A stretch of DNA of 64,000 nucleotides from Eledone cirrhosa (lineage: Eukaryota). A model generated the notes under the pieces. The model saw nothing but the letters and a program-made list of their open reading frames with translations. It was not told the origin of the DNA and did not search any database. The number at the start of each line of letters is the position of its first letter. Positions within the stretch are counted from its first letter, which is position 1. Positions 1 to 13,687 of the stretch are shown here, in pieces. The stretch is from assembly GCA_964016885.1 (NCBI GenBank), contig OZ024743.1, positions 558,001 through 622,000 on the forward strand, in the 5' to 3' direction. Made by a program: the position numbers and the translations under genes.

Positions 1-203
1 AGAGTATCCAGCTGATTTTCTTCAAATTTTGCACATGCATGCAGAAGTTTCACGATTCGGGCCTGCTGGTGTTCTACATTTCCAGTAGATGAACAATCAT
101 TCCCTGAGAATAAGGAAATTCAAAAAGTACACAGCTACATTCTTCAATCTTTGCATATGCGTGTTGCTATTTCACGTTTCCAACGCCGGGTCCTGCTGCT
201 AGT
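1..203 (+). mobile_element. Possible Helitron/Helentron-like non-autonomous 3' end
   Basis: Ends in CAACGCCGGG...GCTAG|T abutting (TA)n, with a repeated TCTTCAAnnTTTGCAyATGC block upstream; resemblance from memory only. Confidence 0.3.
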
Positions 204-799
204 ATATATATATATTTATATATATATATATATATATATAATTTCTTCATTGCCACGGTTTCAAAACGTAACCATGCCACGAAAGCTTGATGAATTCATA
301 GAAATAAATAGACAGACGACATGAATTAAATAATAGGAACCTAATAAGGTTATTTTCTATTGTTTCCTCACATATGCTAATATACTTTTTATTTACAATC
401 TTAAATCGATTACCAGCTGAATAGTTAAGAAACTATAGTTTCCTTCCAGCTGCAGCAAAACACAACGCAGTCATTTAAATCTTTATCCATAAATCTCTGA
501 ATACATCATGGTGTCATCGAGTGCAATATATGTTTTATATATTAGACTATAATGCGTACAATATGTTATTTTTAGAGAATATCCGGCTGGAACCTAGAAA
601 CGTGTCAAGCAGGTAGACACCTCATTAGTTTCTATATACACTTATACAAATTATTGATCCGAATTTCTCAACGTGGGTGGGGTGCATTAAATTTAATGAA
701 TGTTACTGCTTCCATAATTGTCACATTTGGGTTAGTTGATATTATGTGCCACTGCTAGACAATGTATTGATGGTTTATATATCAATGTCAGAGTTGCAA

Positions 800-966
800 A
801 CCTGCCAACCTCTAAAAACCCAAACGAGGTGTACCATGATAAAAGTGCCCCAAAACGGGAGAAATGAGGCAAAATGGGGAGATTTTACATAATGAAAGCT
901 ATACCCATTTTCGCAAGATAAGATATCCCTCACCTATTCCAAGTCGGAAGGGGAGAGGTGACAGGT
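800..966. mobile_element. Possible small MITE relic
   Basis: Imperfect terminal inverted repeat ACCTGCCAACCTCT / AGAGGTGACAGGT. Confidence 0.25.
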
Positions 967-1959
967 CCGGAGCTATGTTGCGGATACATTTGAACTTACT
1001 GACTTCATAAACCTAGATGAGTGAATTATGTTATTGTTGTTTTTTAACCTCCTGTAGATTCTTAACTTAATGAAGTATAGCATATAAATAAATGGCCAGG
1101 AATTTACTTTCAGTCATTCACACACACACACACATACACATACAGATACACACGCGCACGCACATGCTCACACACACACATATATATTAAAAGAATAATT
1201 GTAATAAACCACATAAAAGTGAGGTTGAAAATAGGGGAAATGTGGTGAGATTTTTTTTCTGTTTTCTTACAAAATAACATTTGAGACAAGATTCAAGTTA
1301 AGTACCAGCTGAGAATTCGAAACCAATTCGCACATAGATTCATCTGCCAAACAAGAAATTGACATGTAAACTAACAGGTTTCACCAGAAAATAAATATTG
1401 CCTATAAAACCGCCAAATAAATAAGAATTAACAAATAAATAAGCAAACAAACAAATAAATATATGAATATATGAATACATAAATACAGCTGATAAAAATA
1501 ATTATAATATGCGAGTTTGTGACATGAGCAATCTCAAAGTAAACAGTCTGAAAATCATTAACCAAGTTTTAAGCAGATGTCATCAAGTGCAAACTTGGTT
1601 TCTAAGCAATAACAACAGCAGCTTACGCCACACTTATACTGTAAATATTGCCAACAATATATGAAGGCGGTGGACAATTCATTCTCCCTCTCGTACCTCT
1701 CACTGAACTAACTCTACTACATTCTGATTGTTCACTAAAGCCATTGAGCGTCCCATGGTCTCACTCTCTCACCAATACAGGAGGCCATAATGAGATTGTG
1801 AAACGAGGAACAAACTTGTAGGTAAATAAAGTAATATTTCCTTTCAATGTATTCTACTTAATACTATTTAATAGATCCATAGTTCGAAATTAGGCACATT
1901 TATATATAAACGAGCATCATACTTACCGAAACATGTCTATCACATAAAACTCTCTTTTA

Positions 1960-3010
1960 CCCCCCCCCCTCTCTGTATCTACTAACACCAAACTCTACCC
2001 CTCTCAATATCTACCACGACACGCCTCCCCTAGCCCATTCTCTATATCTAAGACTAATACACTCTCCTACTCTCTATAAATATCTACACGTATCGCTCCC
2101 AATCCCCGTCTGTATCAATCACCCCTAAACCCACCCCCTCTCTATATTTACTGCCCGGAACTCTCACATTAACCCTCTCTGTATATCTATAACCACCAAA
2201 TACTCCCCCTCTCTATATCTACTACACGATACTCTCTTCCAATCCCCCTCTCTATATCACTTAAAACCAAACTCTCGCCTCTCTATATCTACTACACGGA
2301 ACTCTATTTCAATCCCCTTCTCTATATCAATAAACATCAATCCCTACCCCTCTCTATATCTAACATACACCACACTATCCCAACCCCACACCCTGCATCA
2401 ATTACCACCAAACTATCTCCATCTCTATATCTACCATACAACATTCTCTCTCATTCTCTCTCACTCTATCCATCACTACCAATCTCTCTCCTCTCTATAT
2501 CTAATATAGAACACACTCTCCCAATCCCCTCTGTATATCTACTTCACGGAACTCTCTTCCAACCCCCTTCTCTATATCTACTACATGGCACTCTCCCAAA
2601 CCCCCTCTTTATATCAATTCCCACGAAACTATTCTCCCCACTATATCTACCATACAACACTGACTCTCATTCCCTCTCACTCGATCACTACGAAACTCAC
2701 CCCCCTCTATATCTACTACACGGCCTAACTCTATCAATCCTCCCTCTCTATTAATTATCACCGAACACTCCCCATCTCTACATCAACCATACAACACTCT
2801 GTCCCAATCCCCTCTCTATATCAAGTAACACTACACTCTCCCCCTCTGTATATCTACTGCGCGGAACCCTCTCCAAATTCCTCTATCTATATTAATAAAT
2901 CTCTCCCCCTCTCTATATTTAATATATATCACACTCTCTCAACCTTCCTCTCTATATCAATTACTACAAAACTTTCCCCCTCTCTATATCTATCTCTCCC
3001 ATTTGTCTCT
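1960..3010 (+). repeat. Degenerate C/T-rich minisatellite, about 35-45 bp period
   Basis: Recurrent CCCCTCTCTATATC(T/A)A core; G-poor plus strand. Confidence 0.85.
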
Positions 3011-3135
3011 ACATAACATGTACATAAACTGTAGCGCATATATAAATAGATGTGTGTTTTGGTACTTTGGAGAGAAAAATATAATTATTGGGAGCGGGGG
3101 GTATCTCTCCTGACCCCTCCCCCAGTTCTATTGCC

Positions 3136-3176
<41 letters not shown>

Positions 3177-3641
3177 GAACATTAACAAAGAGAAGACAAC
3201 GAACAAAAACAAGACAAAACCCCCAAAACACACATTGTCTTTTTCTTTTCAATAAAACATCAAGCGAAAGACACAGAATTCCCAGGTCTTCAGCTGTTGA
3301 GATGGACTTCTGGCAATTTTGACCCCTACCGATGGTACTGCTGATTCACTCGAGGTCGCAGTCCTGACATAGCTCAAAGGGCTGATCGTAGAATAAAAGA
3401 CAAGCCAAAAATTAACTTATTGTATTTAAGCCATAAGAGCTACACATACAGTTTTATGTGAGACTAGGAGAAAGTATTGTGATTTTTATAGCAAAGATAG
3501 TCCCGCGGAAAAAAGGTAAAGACAGAAAAAAAAGAAAAAGAAAGGGAAAATGCAAGAAGAAAGTAATATATCGTGTTTAAAAATGTAATGTATTAATATA
3601 TATAAATATATATAAAGGCAAATATATTTATTACCTACATA

Positions 3642-4710
3642 TACGAGGGTGGACTGAAAATTTCATAAGTTGGGTATGAAGGAGTAAGGCTAGGGCTGTG
3701 AAATCTTGCATGCATTAATTTAAACTCTTCTTATTAACAATCGAATTGTTTTTTCTCCAAGTAAACTAATATTTCACTGTTCAAAGAAGACTTCAAAAGT
3801 ATCTAGTAGCAACCTCTCTTGAAAATGGTCAAAATTTGGCATCATGGTGTTAACATGTACATGCAGAAAAAGCGTTTCGCCTGCAAGGATATTCGTGCGG
3901 CAGGCTTGCTATATTATGCGATAACGCTCCAGATTTATCAACAGTGCAAAGGTGAGCAGCTGAATTTAGGAGGAGAAAGGAGAGTCTTCAAGATGGCTCA
4001 AAGTCTGGATGTCCTGCAACAAACATCACCAAGGAAAACATTGATTGTGTTCATCTGATGGGGATGGATGACAGGAGATTGACTATAAATCAAATAGCCA
4101 ATGCTGTTAGCATATCTTGTGAAAGAGTTGAGAATATTCTGCACAATGAACTTGGCATGACGAAAGTTTCTGCTCGGGTGGTGCCACGTCTTCTGACACC
4201 TGATCAAAAGTGCACCAGACTGATCACATCACAGGAATGTCTTACATTGAGTCAGATCCATCTGACCTCCTTGAACGTTTCCTAATCCAGGAGGAGTGTT
4301 GAGTTCCTTCGTCACTGTTAGTCAGAGAAAAAGAGACAAGCCGTGCAGTGGAAAAATCCCCTCCTCACCTCCAAAAAGGCCAAGGTCATTTAATCTGCAG
4401 GGAAGTTAATGGCCATAGTTGTTTTTGGATGTTTATTGACTATCATCAATGGGGGTGCTATGCCAATTTGGGGTAGTTACGAAAGGCCAAACGTCGAGCC
4501 CAGGAAAAGTGATGAAAGGTCTTGTTTCATAAGGACAATGCTCCAGCATACTTATCCTTGGTTTTAATGGCTGCTGTGCGTGACTGTGGCTTTGCAACAG
4601 TTGATCATCCTGCTTATTGTGCTGAGGTGGCCTTATCTTACAATCATCTGTTCCTCAACATGAGAAAACACTTGGCTGAGAACTAGTATCGCAGTGATGA
4701 TGTCTTATCT
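3642..4710 (+). mobile_element. Degenerate mariner DNA transposon (transposase pseudogene)
   Basis: TA|CGAGGGTGGACTGAAAA TIR-like start; ORF 4058-4285 has DRRLTINQIA...ILHNELGMTKVSARVVPRLLT (WVPRLL motif); DNAPA near 4534; decayed HPPYSPDLAP-like stretch near 4605-4655; frameshifts and stops; right TIR not found. Confidence 0.9.
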
Positions 4711-5032
4711 GCAAGACTTTCAAGATTCTTATTGTCAGATAATTAGATGATAGTATGTATAGTTTTTCGTATTAAAACCATGGAGAGAAAACGGAAACTC
4801 CTCCACCACCACCACTACCAAAATATCCCAGAAATATTTTTAACAAATTAACACCAACCGAAAAAATTCAGAAGTACATTTTAATCTAGTACTAGATTAG
4901 ATGTTGTGAGAGAGATTATGTTTCGTGTGTTTATATACATGTTCAACAGACTAGATGTGAACGTGCCATTGCGAGTATGTAAATTTTGCGGACAGTGCAA
5001 GACACATACCCAGGCACGCGCGCGCGCGCGTG

Positions 5033-5061
<29 letters not shown>

Positions 5062-5065
<4 letters not shown>

Positions 5066-5253
5066 TTAATATAGAAATGGCTTCTACAGGACTAGAACTG
5101 CTTCATTTGAAGGAAATCATCAGGAGAGCGCCGATGATTTCCTTCGAATGAAGCAGTTCTAGTCCTGTAGAAGCCATTTTTATATTAAATATTTATACCC
5201 TGCTATGTATTGAGTACCTTACTTACTGTGGTTACACCTGATTGAACCCAGGA
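5062..5253 (+). mobile_element. Fold-back insert (about 60-bp arms) with decayed HHR and PLE-type tail
   Basis: 5063-5121 is the reverse complement of 5133-5191 (2 mismatches); minus strand reads CTGATGA...GAAGCAG..CTGTA. Confidence 0.7.
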
Positions 5254-5731
5254 TACACACACACAAACACACACAAACACACACGCACACACACACGCAC
5301 ACACATATATATATAGAGAGAGAGGGGGTAGATGTGTGTGTGTGAGGAGATTTCTGTTTATGACATTGAGGAAGCGAAAAAACGAGAAAAAGTGTATGTA
5401 TTTATAAATGCATAAATATGAACATAGTAAAAGCATATACAAATATATATATAATTAAATGCTTATACATCCATCTATCATAAATTTACTGGATTCAACT
5501 ACGTTTTTCTTCCACCCTTTCGTTCCTCTGCAAGTAATACTTAAAGAATGTGATGAGTTAGCGTAACAAAAGCCTGCTAGAAAGGAAAGGTTATGTCGCA
5601 AACCAATTTTTGCCTACGCGCATCATAACTATAACATCTTTCTAAAATATGTAACATCACCCATCTTTTGCCTCTGTTTCCAGATGACATGCATATTTAT
5701 CACTTCAACTTTCAAGAAGCTGGCAGTGTGG

Positions 5732-5780
<49 letters not shown>

Positions 5781-5784
<4 letters not shown>

Positions 5785-5915
5785 AACAAGTAAGACCCCG
5801 ACGGCTGAGCTCAGCCATCGGGGTCTTACTTGTTCCTATTACCCACTCTACTACCCTAAGTATTGAGTACTTTGGTGCGTTATGGTCCACCTGGTTCCTT
5901 ACCACATTTCCTTCG

Positions 5916-5918
<3 letters not shown>
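5781..5918 (+). mobile_element. Short hairpin-capped insert in (TA)n, family A copy 1
   Basis: 58-bp palindrome 5781-5838 plus 80-bp tail; homologous to 6851-6990 and 34060-34180. Confidence 0.85.
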
Positions 5919-5958
<40 letters not shown>

Positions 5959-6000
5959 CACAGATGCGAGACAAACCACAAAACCCCCATCTCAATTTTA

Positions 6001-6036
6001 CTTTTGAAAAGCATAAGAACTATGAAACCGGTAAAG
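6001..6036 (+). ncRNA. Minimal type I HHR-like motif, U3-A8 core, stem II damaged
   Basis: ctt TTGAAAA gcataagaactat GAAAC cg GTA aag, then AATAAA. Confidence 0.45.
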
Positions 6037-6100
6037 GAAATAAATAAATACTCTTAAAAAGACTCCAGTTGCATTTTCGATTTCTTTTCCTTATATATAT

Positions 6101-6756
6101 ATATAAGTATGTACACGTACATACATATATGTATACAGACGTACAGTAGTATGTATATATATATACATACATGCACACATATATATATGTACGTATGGAT
6201 TCACCGAACATTTATTATAATGCTCGGTGTGTTTGTAAACAAACATCCCGTATTAAGCCGTAGTGTCTAGCAACCATCGTTGCTCGTTTGTTCAACACTG
6301 ACAAAGGAACGCTGTACTAGTTTCAAGCTTATTAGCTATCGTCAGCAACGTATACCTTCCTGCCAGATTGTTGAACGTATATACTTACCTTATGCATATT
6401 AACGGCTGAGTAGCCCAATTTGCATATCGAGTGGGTTAATCGGCCGGGTTCAGCCGTTAATATGCATAAGGTAAGTATATACGTTCAACAATCTGGCAGG
6501 AAGGTATACGTTGCTGACGATAGCTAATAAGCTTGAAGCTAGTACAGCGTTCCTTTGTCAGTGTTGAACTAACGAGCAATGGTGGTTGCTAGACACTACG
6601 GCTTAATACGGGATGTTTGTTTACAAACACACCGAGCATTATAATAAATGTTCGGTGAATCCATACGTACATATATATATGTGCATGTATGTATATATAT
6701 ATACATACTACTGTACGTCTGTATACATATATGTATGTACGTGTACATACTTATAT
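6101..6756. repeat. Large palindrome, about 308-bp arms, 40-bp spacer
   Basis: 6101-6409 is the reverse complement of 6450-6756 with few mismatches. Confidence 0.95.
6309..6351 (-). ncRNA. Minimal type I hammerhead ribozyme (PLE type)
   Basis: acgttg CTGACGA t agct aata agct t GAAAC ta GTA cagcgt; the mirror copy at 6508-6550 has GAAGC. Confidence 0.75.
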
Positions 6757-6806
6757 TTAAGTAACAGCCGTACTAAGAGTGGGAAATGAAATTTCGTTTC
6801 ATTTTT

Positions 6807-6850
<44 letters not shown>

Positions 6851-6852
<2 letters not shown>

Positions 6853-6986
6853 ACGAAGGAAATATGTGTAAGGAAACAGATGGACCATAACGCACCAAAG
6901 TACCCAATACTTAGGGTAGTAGAGTGGGTAATAGGAACAAGTAGGACCCCGACGGCTGAGCTCAAGCCGTCGGGGTCCTACTCGTT

Positions 6987-6990
<4 letters not shown>
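6851..6990 (-). mobile_element. Short hairpin-capped insert in (TA)n, family A copy 2
   Basis: Inverted homologue of 5781-5918 with the same terminal hairpin centred on GAGCTC. Confidence 0.85.
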
Positions 6991-7029
<39 letters not shown>

Positions 7030-7286
7030 ATAATGGTAATGAAAGAAGTAAATTATGAAATGTTGACTTATACTTCTTGTTTATAAATTTACTCCGGAGT
7101 TAACAAACCCGTTTGTGGACTTCGTTGTGTGCTCTACCCTGCATACTAAAGTATTATTATTAAACTAACTCATAATTGGATTAATATATATATATATATA
7201 TATATTAGTGTATATTGGTAGCTATGGTGCTTCCGTAGGCGGTATGCCAAAATTAGCACTCGATATTCATCAGAGTAGAGTTTAGA

Positions 7287-7613
7287 TATAAAGGAAACAA
7301 AAATCAGTGATGCATCTGGACTTAGTTTATTTCGTGTTACAAATGTTTCGCCGGCATGTAGCTCGAGTGATGGTCCTTGTATGGATCTGGCTGATTCTAC
7401 TTCTGCGGGTACTTTCAGACACGGGTTTTACGTCCGGAGCAAATATTATCACTGATAAAATTTGCTCCGGACGTAAAACCCGTGTCTGAAAGAACCCGCA
7501 GTAGTAGAATCAGCCAGATCCATACAAGGACCATCACTCGAGCTACATGCCGGCGAAACATTTGTAACACGAAATAAACTAAGTCCAGATGCATCACTGA
7601 TTTTTCGTTTCCT

Positions 7614-7618
<5 letters not shown>
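7287..7618. repeat. Near-perfect palindrome, about 165-bp arms, with HHR-like fold
   Basis: Mirror ORFs 7307-7489(+) and 7415-7597(-) are near-identical; cgtgt CTGAAAGA...GAAAC attt GTA acacg then AATAAA (core non-canonical). Confidence 0.9.
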
Positions 7619-7681
<63 letters not shown>

Positions 7682-7686
7682 AGGAA

Positions 7687-7768
<82 letters not shown>

Positions 7769-7872
7769 GTAATCCATACTCTTTCCTGTTTTGTATTTTG
7801 CAGGGTTGTGGTTTTGCTGGAACACAGCTATAATATATATGAAACATATGCACGCACACACGCACACGCGCA

Positions 7873-7932
<60 letters not shown>

Positions 7933-7945
7933 CACACACACACAA

Positions 7946-8014
<69 letters not shown>

Positions 8015-8055
8015 CACACACACACACATATATATATGTATATATATATATATAC

Positions 8056-8105
<50 letters not shown>

Positions 8106-8130
8106 CACACACACACATATATATATATAC
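7618..8130. repeat. Compound (TA)n/(CA)n microsatellites
   Basis: Direct reading. Confidence 0.95.
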
Positions 8131-9170
8131 ATAGTATTCTGCTGATAAGCAGTGTGTCATATTCTAATATCACCATCGTTATTTAAATTTATTTTTACGT
8201 GAGTGCGATTGTGGATGGGTTGCCTGCGAAGTCAGTACCTAATTGGTGCAGCGGATCTCTTAGACTGTCCTAGCACCTCAACTTTCCAGTGTGCACTCTG
8301 TGCGGTTTATTGTGGCCCCAGCACTAAGGAGCTTGTTTCTGAAATAATTGAAGAAAGTAAACAAGACCTAGAAATATCTAAGGAACCCACATGGTAGAAA
8401 TTTAGTTACTAAATCGCAGATTAACCTGACATGCAATGGAACCTTCCCAATCCAAGTTCTTTCGGTTTAATAGGCACAAGTACATAAATTTAATGGGATG
8501 AGTCGGGAGGTAAAGACTATTAAATCGATTGAAGTACTTTATTGTATCGAATCTAAAAGGAGCATTATCAAATTTCGGCTCGGTGGTATTTGAGTTCGGA
8601 ACTTGGCTTTTATTGGTTGAGTGATGGGAGGAGTGGTTCGGGGCGTTTACCTCCCTTATGTATCCTGAAGAGGCCGATTATAGCCGATTTGGGCTTTTTC
8701 CGTCCTTTCATGGAGACAAATAGAACTAGTCAGTCCCCGAAGCGAGGATTTAGGCGACCAACCTTGGATTGGCAGAACCATTAGTTTAGACTAAATGACT
8801 GCGGTATTAATCTCGTCGAGACATACTTTGCATTTCATTTTTCTAGGATCGATGAAAGTCAAGCACTGCGAGCGATTCAATTGACTGTTATTCTTCTGAC
8901 ATTGTGCTCAGATTAGAAACCATTACTATTCCCATAAAGGCGGTGGATTGGCAGATTCACTAGAGCATCGCAGAAATGCTTTGTGGTATTTGTTCCTGCT
9001 TTTTACATTTTGAGTTCTAATCCCATTGACGTTAATCTTTCCTTTAATCCTCCTAGGCAAGATAAAATACCAGTCAAGTACTGGAGTCGATTTAAGACAC
9101 TTCACCTCCCATTAAAAAAAAAAGAATCTGACTTTTTGCCTAAATTAGAAACCATTATTATTATTACAAA

Positions 9171-9360
9171 GGGCGGTGGATTGGCAGTATCGGTAGAGGG
9201 TTGGACGCCATGCTTCTAGCATAGTTACGTCCCTTTACAGTCTGAGTTCAAATCCCGCCGAGGTTAACTTTGCCTTTCATCCTTACGGGGTCGATAAAAT
9301 AAAGTACCAGTAATGTACTGAGTAATTGCTGGCCTTGTGCCTAAAGTAGAAACAATTATT
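9171..9360 (+). mobile_element. tRNA-derived SINE family 1
   Basis: A-box-like TGGCAGTATCGG, B-box GAGTTCAAATCC, central GCCTTTCATCCTTACGGGGTCGATAAAA..GTACCAG (resembles the Deu/Nin domain, from memory), (ATT)n tail; decayed copy at about 8939-9165. Confidence 0.9.
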
Positions 9361-9824
9361 ACAAATAATATTTGCCTTTCATAGATTACCAGTGGAATAA
9401 CGCAGTTGGTATAATCGAGATTTTCCTTCCGTTGAATTGCAGGCCTTGTACCAAAGACTTATTTTGATGTATCATGTCTTCTGACATCGTAAGATTAGAC
9501 TTAACTTATCGGATATGACGAGGTTAACTTCTCACTTCGGCTAGTAGGCGTGGAATTAAATGAGCTAAATCAACAAATAAATATTATTTTTGCAAAGAGA
9601 GAGGAACACGATTTCTGTAATTGTCAAAGATTGATTACCGAGGAGCAAGTCAAACACATCTAACTCGGAGAGAGAAAGGCTTATGTAATATAAGTAAAAG
9701 TTTACAAAGTGTGTTTGTTGGATATATATTTTTTCAGTAGCGCTTTCCTTGCTTATTTTCTTAATGATACACTGTATACATATTAGTGTCAAAAGTATTT
9801 TCCTTATTGTTGTTTTTGTTGTTA

Positions 9825-9889
<65 letters not shown>

Positions 9890-10309
9890 TTGCTCGTTCA
9901 TCTATCAACACTTATTGCACACCACTCCTGTAAGTTTGTTATTTTTTCTATTGTTACACAAAGTTATATATGAAATATTTGTTACCATTTTATAGATACA
10001 GCAGCAAGGACCTTGGAGGAACTAGTTAGCTTTTCTCCATCTGTAGTCCTTAGTAGCTAAGGGGTTTGTTTAGCAAACTCGCTCACCAATTTTTATTACA
10101 AAAAAGATGGTGGACGAAGAAGAATGTTTGTCTGCCTAAAAGAAGAGCCAGCAATCTGCTGAATGGAACGGCAAAATTGTAAAAATCAATAACAACAGCA
10201 GCAACGGCAATAAGAACAGCATCTCCAGTGCAGGATAAGTATGAAACTAATTTCCATCTGCTAAACATTTCAATATCGCATTTAGTGTCACAGAACCAAG
10301 AAAAGAAAA

Positions 10310-10488
10310 TAATTGTTTCTACGTTTGGCACAAGGCCAGCACATACCCAGTGCATTACTGGTACTTTATTTTATCGACCCCCGTAAGGATGAAAGGCAAA
10401 GTTAACCTCGGCGGGATTTGAAAAATCAGAATGGCAAGGGCCGTAACTCTCTGCGTCAAAGCATGACGTCCGACCCTCTACCGCCCTT
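10310..10488 (-). mobile_element. SINE family 1 copy
   Basis: Reverse complement of 9171-9360. Confidence 0.85.
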
Positions 10489-11934
10489 AGAATAAAATAA
10501 AATAATGACAACAAAAAGCAACAACTATACTAGCAAGAACACTGCAACCTCAACTAACACCGCAACACCACTAACATTGCAGCAAGAAGAAAGATAACAG
10601 AAACGAACAATAAAAAATAACAGTAACTCACACAACGACAACCTCAATTTAATGTCGTATGTATTCTTAAGGCCTAGTTTATAGAACATGTATATTAGTT
10701 CTTTACGGGAAGAGTCTATCGCGAAGCCATCACAATTCTTGGAAAATCAAGACCCTCATCTCGGTATAGTCAAACATTATGGTTAGGGAATCTATAGGTC
10801 ACCTTCATCATCACTCTGTTACGACCTCATCGAGAAGTTAAATTCTCCATTTCACGAAAGTGTATTCACTATTGAATAATATGGTTTGCGAATATGCATA
10901 AGATCGATCACATTCTATCTAAGACCTTAAACAATAGGTATCTTGATATCGAGCAGTAAATGTGCACAATATCAAAATGGGTGAACTTAGGTCTAGATAT
11001 TTTTATACCATCTCCGAACTATGATATACCTGAGTTACTTATGTTCTATTATTGTCGTTGGGTATTCTTTTAAATATATATATATATATTATAATTCCTT
11101 TATATTTTCTTACATATCTATATTGAATTTTTTGGCTTCAATATAGTCTTACCTTCATTGTTGATAGAGTTGTAGATGCATTCTCAAATTTTTTGATACG
11201 TACTAATTATTATTTTGTTTTTTACACCATAGACTTCATAATGGGTGGAAGCTCTTGGTATAAGTAGAGAACATATTGTGGAATGAATTACTGTACTGAA
11301 TGAATTACTGAATAAATTACTGCAAAATATTATGTTGCTAACCAGCTCAAATAGATTGGCTTCTAACTGCGATTTGCCTAAATTTGGGTGTCAATTGTCT
11401 AAATGCGATAGGTTCATGTGTCGTGAGACCAAGGAAATTCTAATATTTCTGGCAGAACCCGTGCTTTTTTCCGGGGAATAAGGAATGTATATATAGATAT
11501 TTTGAATAAAATTACATAAAACATGAGAAAACATCATCATTTTACGAATTTATCGTTTTTTCTTCGCCGTAAACAGTCTCTCAATTTTAAGAATTTCATT
11601 TCAGTCTTCCAATTCCAAAATATAGCTCTCAAATGTACTCCAAAATTTTCTAAATGTATCCCTTTCTTTCTTTCTTTCTTTCTTTCTACATCTTGTACAA
11701 ATATGTCTTTCTTTTTTCCAAAGTTCAGCGCGGTAATCCAAACATACCCCTTTCAATACCTTCAAAATAACTTCAAAATTGCAAATCCGGTTGTCATTTT
11801 CTAAATGTTCGGTTTCTTCATGCCAGCTATATTCAGGTTATTTTAGTAAATTTTCTTATTTCATAAGTTTAGCCATGTATTGATTAGTTGTATCTATGTA
11901 GCTAACTAATCACGCATATACGCGCACGCACGCA

Positions 11935-12036
<102 letters not shown>

Positions 12037-12761
12037 GGCATTCACACACGTCAGTGAACCCTTGTTCACAAATATATATATATGTATATACACTTACTAC
12101 TACACGTGTTGAATATCTTTTATCCACATCAGATCATTCAATCATTCATGTATGTGTATGTGCGTGCGTGTGTGCATGTACGTGTATATATGTGCGTGAG
12201 TGCGTACGTCTGTGTAAGTATATCTGTATAAATATTTCTTACACCTATTAATGGCAAGTTACATGCGACTAAATGTAATGTGAAAAACAAAAATTCGTAC
12301 GAAAGTGTGCACACTTGTAGAAATTATGTTTGTACACAGGTTAATATGTATTTTTGTAACAAACTTATTAACCGACTTTCTTATTTGCTACTGACGTCAT
12401 TTCAATTAACAAAAGCGAAATCGCCTGATTTCATGTCTAAACCAGATATGGTGGACACGATATTCAATTGCATTTCCGTTGTGTTCTTTGTAAACAGTAG
12501 ACATTGTGTATGAATATATTCCGATTGGCTGCAATAACCCAGGGATGTTATTTTCTTTAACAATAGGCTCAGTTAATATGAGATAGAAAAATCGAAAGTA
12601 TTATAAAAGGGTTATTTCCACAATTTCCATTTATTACAAAAAGGTAAAGTTTTCATCATAAACAGTGAATTGCGAATATATACATAAATAGAGGCACACA
12701 TGCATGCATGCATACACACAAACAGAAACACACACACACAGACAGACGCATATAAACACAA

Positions 12762-12792
<31 letters not shown>

Positions 12793-13141
12793 TACAAACA
12801 CACATACACAAACACTCACACATACACATATATAAATATATGTAAGTATAAATATATGTAAGTATGTGTATTGAGCAAACTTATGTTTTTCGCTAAAACA
12901 AACACTCTCCCATGCACACTCATAAACACAGAAACACACACACACATATATGTATATATGTTATTGCCGAGACTAAGTAAGTGACATAGTCACTACTTTA
13001 AAACTCATAGCGAATGGTCTTCGAAATGTTTTTAAATAAACATACAGTATATTATCAAATATACAATACATACATTCATACTTACAACGCTATTTCAGAA
13101 CACTGATATCAATTCCTACACACACACACATACACACACAT

Positions 13142-13194
<53 letters not shown>

Positions 13195-13197
<3 letters not shown>

Positions 13198-13687
13198 CAA
13201 AAGCAGCGTTAATTGCAGGAAATAGGAACTCCGGTGCACTGCCTTGCCCAGGGGTTCCTGTTACCTGTTGAGCTGAAGTTATGTTATGTAGTGCATGAAA
13301 TACAAATATGCATGTGTGTTTGCAGGGGTGACCGTAATATCAAATCAGAGACGAATGCCTGTGTCAACTTTGTACCATAAAAAAACTAATATCAATATTA
13401 TTCATTATCTTTAGTAAAAGTCTTTAGTAAAATATGCATATCGCAATAACAAATATTTATAGTATAATATAGTATAGTATAGTATTTAATTATTTATTGA
13501 CATCCATAGATTAGCATGGGTCGTCTGTGCTTGTGTTGCCCAGTCGCAACTGTCTAGCGTACCTATGCATTAAGATTGCCTTGCCTCACCCTGTATAGTA
13601 TGTGTCTGGTCAAATCGGGTCATTTCTAAAATGAAGGACCTTTTATATGGTGCTGCTTTTTCTGCAATTAACGCTGTTTTATTGTTA
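13195..13687. mobile_element. Possible MITE, about 490 bp
   Basis: Terminal IR TAACAA(A)AGCAGCGTTAATTGCAG / CTGCAATTAACGCTGTTTTATTGTTA. Confidence 0.5.

Noticed and set aside
6101-6756. Palindromes as sequencing or amplification fold-back artefacts
   Set aside because: Arms carry substitutions and indels, have unique spacers and end at element boundaries; not fully excludable without raw reads
7307-7597. Pair of near-identical small proteins on opposite strands (also 19201-20012)
   Set aside because: A by-product of DNA palindromes; no coding evidence
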